This document shows positions 8,301 to 13,931 of a stretch of 13,931 nt of DNA, piece after piece (positions within the stretch are counted from its first letter, which is position 1; each line of letters opens with the position of its first letter). The DNA lies in assembly GCA_043822785.1 (NCBI GenBank), contig JBDRBN010000001.1, positions 1-13,931 of the forward strand, given 5' to 3'. Source of the stretch: Pseudomonadota bacterium. GTDB lineage: Bacteria; UBA10199; 2-02-FULL-44-16; JAAZCA01. A program made the position numbers and the translations under genes. The notes below the pieces were generated by a model. That model searched no databases, was not told the DNA's origin, and saw nothing but the letters and a program-made list of their open reading frames with translations.

Positions 8301-8482
8301 GCTCTGATCCGTTCTTAAAGCCCATGGCCTTGGCCATCGGATGGGGCCTGACATTTGCAACCTGCTGCACGCTTCTGGTCACACCCGCTCTCTATGCGGT
8401 GGTGGATGACATGCACCGCTTCCTCTTCTCAAAACTCGTGATATGGAATAGCGGATGCAAAAAGGGCGACCACTCTACTTAA
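5342..8482 (+). CDS. RND efflux transporter permease, AcrB/AcrD/AcrF family
   Basis: 1046 aa, GTG start with GAGG SD. Motifs: YPGATPQEVEKLITIPIEKEL, TM4 GMLVDDAIII (proton-relay Asp pair), GVVVNNSIVFID, ARLRLRPIFITTITT. Two large periplasmic loops. Confidence 0.95.
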   Translation: MRKIFEFSIRQPLFVNLLTLMVFVAGILAIINLNRDTFPNVTLDIVAVSTTYPGATPQEVEKLITIPIEKELKEVDDIKEMASASIEGRSDIIIEIEPDAPDKNKVVNDIQRAVDKAEDLPDDLKEEPLVTDIEMRDHPVVEVSLSGDFTEHELIKHARVIERMLLDLPGIAKVVRNGWREEEIWVEVDPEKVNSYQLSLSDVVTALKAQNVSIPGGSVIIGSKESLIRTTGEFETPPEVEEVVLRANELGHWVQVKDVAKVSNNFEPYTTIHHTDGKRAINLIAVKKESSDVITLVDQIKNVADEYKKIGPPNLNISIVNDFSYYVKRRLNVLVNNGWIGITLVVICLFLFLSARAAFVTAIGIPTAFLITFSVMYYSGITINLLTMFGLIMVLGMLVDDAIIITENVHRRIAGGEKAADAAINGTDEIWRPVLTTVLTTIAAFAPLMFMSGIIGKFVLYIPLVVIIALMSSLLQAFIILPSHIVMIERLPHHPKFARFHTGLMGRTFARFTDRYVALLKKIIRHRWLTVSAALTFIMISLYIGIFHLPMVLFPQRGIDAFYVRAKAPIGTPVEQMEKLMERLEGEVEKLPKSEVDNIITYVGVVQQDANDPYSERASHEGQILVLLKPQADREMTSDELINILRKSTKGFNEFTEISFDNVRPGPPVGKPVVVRVRGDDLPELDSIADEIKGYLATIKGVSDIRDDFERGKDEIRVKVNERQASRADLGVRDVALSTRSAFEGAIATTIKHADEEIDVRVRYPDEWRYRTGALDKVLIPNGRGNLVPITAIASFETTQGINAIRHFDRKRAVTVTANVDEVNATSISVTKAVAKQFKDLPRQHPGVSLDFGGEWEKTEESFRDLKMAMVVAAFIIMIILVFEFQSLLQPLIVLIAVPYGFVGVIWAFLIHFEPKSFLAMMGVVGLAGVVVNNSIVFIDFVNKAKAQGHELKDALVEAARLRLRPIFITTITTVFGLLPVAYGFMGSDPFLKPMALAIGWGLTFATCCTLLVTPALYAVVDDMHRFLFSKLVIWNSGCKKGDHST

Positions 8483-9912
8483 TCCGCATGTGGGCTGTCG
8501 TCGTGTTCGAGCTTGGCCTTGGCCTTTTTTGTGCCAGCTTTTGGATAAGGATGATGAACTTCTGTGGGCTTAACGTATTTCTCTACGAGCACACTTGAGC
8601 CCTTGATGTTTAGCTTGGTGAAAAGCATGTCGAACTGCCGCGTAAGCTCTCCCATGAGCGTGGTCTTGGTATTATCAGTGAGCGACCACATCTCACGCTT
8701 AAATGGACCAAACACCTTTTTGCGTGCTTTATAGTAGAACTGCTCAGGAGTCATATCAGGCTTTTTCTCAGAAGCAGCGTTCGCATCAAGCCACTTATAG
8801 ATCTGCTCCTTTAAATGTTTTGGAAATGCGGTCGAGTCAAAGATTGTATTCTGAAAACCGGTAGCAAGATGTACTTCCATGGTCTGGTGCTTTGGAAAGT
8901 TGTCGAATGCTGACTCAGGCAACGTGGAAGCGCCGTGCTGAACCACGCCACCAAAGCCAAACTGTTCGCGAGCCATCTTACCCAACTCATCTATGACATC
9001 GAAGTCGAGAGCTACATCAGCGATAGAGCCATCGGGCAGCGGCACTCCACCGTGACTTGTGCCTGTCTGAATAGAGATCTTGCTTATGCCAGTAACTTTA
9101 GAAACAAGCGCGGAATTATATCCCTCCATAAAAGCTGCCAGCTCCCCGGGAGTTGAGTTTTGAGTGCCCACCTCGCCGATCTCACCTCCTACTGAAACTG
9201 TTATCCCCTTTGGCTCGTATGCGCGCACATGATTTGTGAGCTGTGCCGCGATTTCAAAGTTGTCTTTCTGCTGCTCCATGGTTGTGGGCTTGGAAAGATT
9301 TACTAAGGTTGATGTATCGATATCTATGTTGTAAAAGCCTGCCGCGATAGACTCGCTTATCAAATCCTTAATAGCACCTAGCTCAGCTGCAGAATTTTCT
9401 TTAAACTTCTTTGCATTGGTCTGAAAGTGATCGCCCTGAATGAAGACAGGAGCCTTCCACCCCTCATGCAGCGCAGCTCCTAGCACGCATGCCACATACT
9501 CAGCAGGCCTTTGATCTGTGTAGAGCATTTCGGATTTTGCGATTTCAAATATACAAGCAGTAGCGTCAAAGCGTTTGAGCGTCTTGAATATGGTGCGAGC
9601 TACATCATACGTCATGCCGCGCACATTTATGGCTGGCACAGTCATGTCTTTCCATTTGTCCTGAGTCCTTGCCTCGTACAAGCCTTGTATCGAAGCCGAA
9701 GGGCAACCAAGAACTTGCGAGCCTTCCCATATAGCCCAGCGCGCCACATCGCCTACATGCTCGTCTGCTGCAAAGACTGCATTCCATACCAGGTTGTCCA
9801 TTACTTTATGGCGAAACCGGTGCTCGTCCTTTAACTTAAACTCGATATTCTTAATTTCAAAAGCGTCTTTGCAAGCGATTTTCAGTTCTTCGACAGTGTT
9901 CCACATCTCCAT
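8479..9912 (-). CDS. Class II (metal-dependent) aldolase, fructose-bisphosphate aldolase family, long form
   Basis: 477 aa with AGGAGG SD. Motifs VPAINV, QGDH, GEIGEVG, GTSHGG and VQHGAS include the class II metal-ligand histidines. There is an N-terminal extension of about 90 aa. Confidence 0.8.
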   Translation of the reverse strand: MEMWNTVEELKIACKDAFEIKNIEFKLKDEHRFRHKVMDNLVWNAVFAADEHVGDVARWAIWEGSQVLGCPSASIQGLYEARTQDKWKDMTVPAINVRGMTYDVARTIFKTLKRFDATACIFEIAKSEMLYTDQRPAEYVACVLGAALHEGWKAPVFIQGDHFQTNAKKFKENSAAELGAIKDLISESIAAGFYNIDIDTSTLVNLSKPTTMEQQKDNFEIAAQLTNHVRAYEPKGITVSVGGEIGEVGTQNSTPGELAAFMEGYNSALVSKVTGISKISIQTGTSHGGVPLPDGSIADVALDFDVIDELGKMAREQFGFGGVVQHGASTLPESAFDNFPKHQTMEVHLATGFQNTIFDSTAFPKHLKEQIYKWLDANAASEKKPDMTPEQFYYKARKKVFGPFKREMWSLTDNTKTTLMGELTRQFDMLFTKLNIKGSSVLVEKYVKPTEVHHPYPKAGTKKAKAKLEHDDSPHAD

Positions 9913-9925
9913 TTCATCCTCCTTT

Positions 9926-9969
9926 TCAGAAGTCAGATGCTAGATTTTTCTAACTTCTAGCTTCTAACT
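9926..9969. repeat. Inverted heptamer tandem repeats
   Basis: TCAGAAG TCAGATG CTAGA ... TCTAACT TCTAGCT TCTAACT forms an imperfect hairpin overlapping the aminotransferase stop codon. Confidence 0.55.
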
Positions 9970-11156
9970 TTAGCAAGTGAATTAGCAAGTCGAGCCATGC
10001 CTTCCTCTATCCTCTCTCTCGAAGTAGCAAAAGAAAGCCGCACATGGTTTGGAGCGCCAAAGGGCTCGCCGCTCACGGTGGCAATATGGGCATCGTCAAG
10101 AAGGTATTGGGCGAGCTCATTAGCATCGGCGATTTTACGATCGCCGTAGCTCTTGCCCATATAATGACTCATATTTGGAAATAGATAGAAAGTGCCGTCA
10201 GGGAGATGGCATTTTATTCCAGGTATTATCTTAAGCTTTTCAAACATAATATCACGGCGCCTTGCAAATTCATCTCGCATCCTCTTAACTTCATCTTGCG
10301 GACCCTCAAGAGCCTCTATGCATGCGCGTTGCACGAAAGCGGGTATACCAGAAATCTGCTGACCACAGAGGGTTGACATCTTGGAGATCACATTGCTGGG
10401 GCCGCAGGCCCAGCCCATGCGCCATCCAGTCATGGCATAGGATTTGGATACGCCATTTACTACGATGGTAAAATCTTTGCAGGCGGGACATGCTTTAGCT
10501 ATTGATACATGTTTGCTCTCGCCAAAAATGAGTTTTTCATAGATCTCATCTGAGATGATGGCTACTTTATGTTTGACAAGAACCTCTCCCAGCTCGGCAA
10601 GTTCCTCTTTGCTGTAGGTGCTGCCTGCAGGGTTTGACGGATAATTTAGAATGATGGCTGCGGTGCGCTTTGTTATGGCGTTCTCAATTTCCAAAGCACT
10701 TGTCCTAAATGCATTCTGTGCATCAGTTTCAACGATAACAGGTGTGCCGCCAGCCAGGCGAACCTGCTCTGGATATGATACCCAATATGGCGCCACCACT
10801 ATCACTTCGTCGCCTGGATCCACAATTGCTTGCAGCGCATTGTATATGGCATGCTTTGCGCCGCACGTGATGGTTATTTCATCCTCTTCATATTCAAGCG
10901 AGTTGTCGCGCGCAAGTTTGTCACGAACTGCAGCCTTGAGTTCAGGAATGCCAGAGCTAGGCGTGTAGCGCGTAAGGCCTTGGTCTATAGCTTGCTTTCC
11001 AGCTTCCCTTATTGCCAAAGGTGTATCAAAGTCCGGCTCACCTGTGGCAAAGCTTATGACATCTTTGCCCTGGGCCCGCATTTTCTTTGCCTTTGCGGCC
11101 ACGTCTAAAGTTGCTGAGGATTTCATGTTAGCTGCTATTTTTGAAATTTTTATCAT
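9957..11156 (-). CDS. Pyridoxal-phosphate-dependent aminotransferase class I/II (aspartate aminotransferase type)
   Basis: 399 aa with GEPDFDTP, YTPSSGIPEL, GAKHA, NYPSNPAG, SDEIYE, the PLP-lysine motif SKSYAMTGWRMG, and RLSFATS. Confidence 0.93.
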   Translation of the reverse strand: MIKISKIAANMKSSATLDVAAKAKKMRAQGKDVISFATGEPDFDTPLAIREAGKQAIDQGLTRYTPSSGIPELKAAVRDKLARDNSLEYEEDEITITCGAKHAIYNALQAIVDPGDEVIVVAPYWVSYPEQVRLAGGTPVIVETDAQNAFRTSALEIENAITKRTAAIILNYPSNPAGSTYSKEELAELGEVLVKHKVAIISDEIYEKLIFGESKHVSIAKACPACKDFTIVVNGVSKSYAMTGWRMGWACGPSNVISKMSTLCGQQISGIPAFVQRACIEALEGPQDEVKRMRDEFARRRDIMFEKLKIIPGIKCHLPDGTFYLFPNMSHYMGKSYGDRKIADANELAQYLLDDAHIATVSGEPFGAPNHVRLSFATSRERIEEGMARLANSLAKVRS

Positions 11157-11167
11157 GCGGTTCCTCT

Positions 11168-11659
11168 TTAAGAACGCAACTTTTCTTTGAGTTTTTCAGC
11201 TACTATTGGATGGATCATGCCGCATCCGCTTCCGCCAAAAGTTATTATTTCTTTAATGATCGAAGAGCTTAAGTGTGCGTATTTTCCTTCGGTCATCATG
11301 TAAAGGATTTCTATTTCAGGATCGAGAGTCTTGTTTGCCAGGGCCATTTGCGATTCGTATTCATAGTCACCCATGGTGCGAAGGCCTCGAAGTATGGTGA
11401 GTATTTTACGCTTGTGGGCATAATCGACAAGAAGTCCTTCAAAGGCATCGACCTCAACTTTTGGCTGATTGCGAAATATCTTGTGGAGCATTCCGACTCT
11501 TTCTTCAGGTGTAAATATAGTTTTCTTTGATGTGTTCACTGCAATCGCGACAATTATCTTGTCAAAAATCTTAAGCCCTCTGTCGATGATGTTTAGATGG
11601 CCATCGGTCGGTGGATCAAAGCTGCCCGCACATATTGCTGCATTATTCATATTTCTCAT
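11168..11659 (-). CDS. coaD: Phosphopantetheine adenylyltransferase
   Basis: GSFDPPTDGH, FTPEERV, RGLR...DYEYE, SSSIIKE; follows rsmD. The true start may be ATG 11650, which has better SD spacing. Confidence 0.96.
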   Translation of the reverse strand: MRNMNNAAICAGSFDPPTDGHLNIIDRGLKIFDKIIVAIAVNTSKKTIFTPEERVGMLHKIFRNQPKVEVDAFEGLLVDYAHKRKILTILRGLRTMGDYEYESQMALANKTLDPEIEILYMMTEGKYAHLSSSIIKEIITFGGSGCGMIHPIVAEKLKEKLRS

Positions 11660-11687
11660 TCTCCTTTGATTGGGGAGGTTTTAGCTT

Positions 11688-12254
11688 TCAAACGTTGCTG
11701 GCATCACTTTTTTGGTGTTCCAAAAAAGTAACCAGGGTTTGACCATATTTGCGGGTGTCGGTCAAGGTGAGCCCTGGGATTTCCAAAATGGGCTCTTTGG
11801 GATGGTGTTCAACGATTATGCGGCTTTGCATATCGACCAGAGGCGAAGCTGTAAGCTTTTTTAGCGTGGGATTTACCAGATCCTTTTCATATGGCGGATC
11901 TACGAAGATGAGATCAAAGGGCTTTTCCTCCTTAATTAGAATGGCAAGACCTTTGTCTACAGATGTGCATATGATGCGCGACTTTTCCTCTAGCTTGCAA
12001 TGCTTAAGGTTTCGTTTGATGGCAGCTACAGCCTTGCTCCACTCCTCTACGAAAACAGCTTCGCTTGCCCCTCTAGAGAGGGCTTCTATACCTATTGATC
12101 CTGATCCGGCAAATAGATCCAGAATCCTAAGATCTGTAACATCATAGAGGATGTTGAATATGGCTTCTTTTACTTGATCAAGAGCTGGACGCACGCGATC
12201 AGAGGAAGGCGTCACTAATTTGTGTCCTTTGGCTTTACCTGCGATTACACGCAT
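11688..12254 (-). CDS. rsmD: 16S rRNA m2G966 methyltransferase
   Basis: MRVIAGKAKG, VRP..D.VKEAIFN, LDLFAGSGSIGIEALSRGA, DPPY, RKYG; conserved adjacency to coaD. Confidence 0.95.
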   Translation of the reverse strand: MRVIAGKAKGHKLVTPSSDRVRPALDQVKEAIFNILYDVTDLRILDLFAGSGSIGIEALSRGASEAVFVEEWSKAVAAIKRNLKHCKLEEKSRIICTSVDKGLAILIKEEKPFDLIFVDPPYEKDLVNPTLKKLTASPLVDMQSRIIVEHHPKEPILEIPGLTLTDTRKYGQTLVTFLEHQKSDASNV

Positions 12255-12257
12255 AAG

Positions 12258-12289
12258 CAGTGATCAGTAATAAGTAACCAGTGACCAGT
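12258..12289. repeat. Heptamer tandem repeat (about 4.5 units, CAGTRAY consensus)
   Basis: CAGTGAT CAGTAAT AAGTAAC CAGTGAC CAGT, immediately upstream of the rsmD ATG. Confidence 0.65.
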
Positions 12290-12300
12290 TTTTGTTACAA

Positions 12301-12657
12301 TCATACCGAAAAGACTGCGTTCTGTACGGCGTCCATGGCTCCCATAGATATGCCCAGCGCGATCATGATGATGAAGATTACTATGGTTATGCAGGTCAGG
12401 GCTGTACCCACGATTCCGAGTATGTAGCCTACTTTTGCTGCTGATTCGCCAGCAGCTGGTGCGGCCCCTGCCTTTATGGCACGAAGTTCCATAGAACCCA
12501 GTATGATGGCTGGTATGCCAGCTAAGAATCCCAAGCAAAGAATCGACAGGATGCCCATCACCAGGGCTGCCACTGCTCGCCCGCTAGCGCCTTCTTGATG
12601 GGGGGGTTGGGGTGGTGGCACAACAGGCTCTGCTTCAGGTATGTTTTGGTTTTCCAT
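12301..12657 (-). CDS. Small membrane protein, DUF4190-like
   Basis: 118 aa with AGGAGG SD. Pro-rich N-terminus, then ASGRAVAALVMGILS...IPAIILG...IK...AKVGYILGIVG, the typical DUF4190 pattern. Confidence 0.8.
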   Translation of the reverse strand: MENQNIPEAEPVVPPPQPPHQEGASGRAVAALVMGILSILCLGFLAGIPAIILGSMELRAIKAGAAPAAGESAAKVGYILGIVGTALTCITIVIFIIMIALGISMGAMDAVQNAVFSV

Positions 12658-12791
12658 TATGCCTCCTTGGATATCACATGCAATTTGCCATAACTATTGA
12701 GAAAAGCAAGCGATCCGTGATTTTTTCGTGGACAATGAAGGCTTATGTGGGTTATCAGCTCGGCAAATAAAACACCTGGAGGATTGAGGTC

Positions 12792-13661
12792 ATGAAAAAA
12801 ATCGTACTAATGTTTATAGCTGTAATTATTCTGTGGCCGGCTTTGAGCTTTGCGCGCAAGACAACCTATATTGCTACTGACCATAGGTTTGATTATGTGA
12901 AACTCAGGGAGGTAAAAGCTGGTGTGGCAGAAGAGCGTAACATGACACATCCCAAGCAGCTTGACGAGCAAGGCTTAAGAGAGGCCCTCAAGTCGGTCGA
13001 GCTTTCGAAGAGTTACATTACAAAGAAAGAAGTTGATACGCAGCGAGTGTTCGATAATTCGGCCATCGATTTTCTAGTTGTGAATTTTGCAAAGGCATTT
13101 TCACGGGCAAGTTCTAATGAGGAAGTGGTCTTTTCATACCTTCAAAAGAACCCCCTCTTCATCTTGCGCAACGATCGCATAAACCTTGGCCAAGCATGGC
13201 TTTCAGGTGATGAGCTTCATATCAAGTTCGAAAAGCTCTATGCCAAGGTTACAGGAGATGTTGACAAGCGAGGAAACGAAGCAAAGGCCATAGCAAGAGC
13301 AAGGGGGCTTAGGGTCAGGCTTGAGCTTGGACCCGGACAGACTATGGGAGTGAAGGATACCTCTGAGCTCATATTGAACTTACATTATAACTATGCAGAA
13401 GAGGTAAAGCCCACGGAAGTTCCTACAACTACAAAGACCATGGCAGGTGAGACTGTGGCTGTGCCTGGTGCAGAAGAGGTCAATAAAGCCGAAGTCGCTT
13501 CAAATTCCACTCCTACGTCCCCCACAGTCACGACTGAAACTAATACTGAAACTAATACGGTTAAAGAGAGGCTTCAGGCTCTTGAGGAACTAAAGAAGGA
13601 AGGTGTGATAAGCAACAAGGAGTATAATGAGAAGCGGAAGGAGATATTGAAGGATCTGTAG
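12792..13661 (+). CDS. Exported protein with C-terminal SHOCT domain
   Basis: 289 aa with GAGG SD and signal peptide ending ALSFA-R. A Thr/Pro/Glu-rich linker precedes C-terminal KERLQALEELKKEGVISNKEYNEKRKEILKDL (SHOCT pattern). Confidence 0.85.
   Translation: MKKIVLMFIAVIILWPALSFARKTTYIATDHRFDYVKLREVKAGVAEERNMTHPKQLDEQGLREALKSVELSKSYITKKEVDTQRVFDNSAIDFLVVNFAKAFSRASSNEEVVFSYLQKNPLFILRNDRINLGQAWLSGDELHIKFEKLYAKVTGDVDKRGNEAKAIARARGLRVRLELGPGQTMGVKDTSELILNLHYNYAEEVKPTEVPTTTKTMAGETVAVPGAEEVNKAEVASNSTPTSPTVTTETNTETNTVKERLQALEELKKEGVISNKEYNEKRKEILKDL
13533..13558 (+). repeat. In-frame 12-bp tandem duplication (TETN x2)
   Basis: ACTGAAACTAAT ACTGAAACTAAT AC within the linker of the SHOCT protein. 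Confidence 0.8.
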
Positions 13662-13682
13662 GGATATAGTTTGAAAGCATAT

Positions 13683-13719
13683 CAATACCCGTCTTTATGA
13701 TAAAGGCGGGTATTGTTTT
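13683..13719 (+). terminator. Rho-independent terminator after the SHOCT gene
   Basis: CAATACCCGTCTTTA-TGA-TAAAGGCGGGTATTG (15-bp stem, one U-G pair) followed by TTTT, about 20 nt after the stop codon. Confidence 0.75.
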
Positions 13720-13723
13720 ATAA

Positions 13724-13796
13724 TCCAATATCCAATTTCTAATTTCGCTTTTAACCGAACATCCTATAAAGGCGATATTGGATATTAGAAATTGCA
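13724..13796. repeat. Inverted heptamer-repeat hairpin
   Basis: TCCAATA TCCAATT TCTAATT TCGCTTT ... AAAGGCGA TATTGGA TATTAGA AATTGCA. Confidence 0.65.
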
Positions 13797-13859
13797 CTGC
13801 TGTCGCGTTAGAGGTGTTAACTGGTTGAAATATAAGAATTCATTTTTCTCATGTCTAGG

Positions 13860-13931
13860 TGTCATTGCGAGGAGCGTTTAGCGACGAAGCAATCTCCCGC
13901 AAACACAGGTTATAAGGGGATTGCTTCGCTT
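13860..13931. repeat. Palindromic dispersed repeat, copy 2 (truncated by the window end)
   Basis: TGTCATTGCGAG...CGAAGCAATCTCC...AGGGGATTGCTTCGCT. It shares the left end and the exact AGGGGATTGCTTCGCT segment with copy 1. Confidence 0.8.

Noticed and set aside
1711..12147. Numerous 60-145 aa alternative-frame or antisense ORFs inside the HEAT, OMF, RND, aldolase, aminotransferase, coaD and rsmD genes
   Set aside because: They are nested in or largely overlap well-supported genes and carry no recognisable motifs.
12245..12538. 97-aa minus-strand ORF
   Set aside because: It is an alternative frame of the DUF4190-like gene, and its tail (TGHWLLITDH) is just the translated heptamer repeat.
12679..12690. 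TGGCAAATTGCA as a sigma54 site upstream of the DUF4190-like gene
   Set aside because: GG-to-GC spacing is 6 rather than the required 10.
13561..13797. 78-aa minus-strand ORF, and a CRISPR reading of the nearby repeats
   Set aside because: The ORF spans the terminator, repeat hairpin and SHOCT gene end. The repeats are 7-bp units without unique spacers, and no cas genes are present.

Overview
Bacterial chromosomal window with three parts. (1) Left, 1-3362, minus strand: an apparent three-gene operon of a HEAT-repeat lipoprotein, a 79-aa lipoprotein and a large secreted protein built from phage-tail-fibre-like modules. The last ORF runs off the window edge, is missing from the supplied ORF track, and was translated by hand. 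A near-consensus sigma54 (-24/-12) promoter with an IHF-like site lies upstream. (2) Middle, plus strand: a TolC-family outer-membrane factor and an RND transporter with no periplasmic adaptor gene, separated by a palindromic dispersed repeat. (3) Right: a minus-strand housekeeping string (DUF4190 membrane protein, rsmD, coaD, class I/II PLP aminotransferase, long class II aldolase). It is followed by a divergent secreted SHOCT-domain protein, a terminator, heptamer-repeat hairpins and a second copy of the palindromic repeat. The gene order and the sigma54/IHF architecture suggest a diderm 'deltaproteobacterial'-type organism, which is inference only. The best candidate for an undescribed system is the sigma54-controlled HEAT-lipoprotein/small-lipoprotein/fibre operon. 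No rRNA, tRNA, CRISPR array or transposase was seen.
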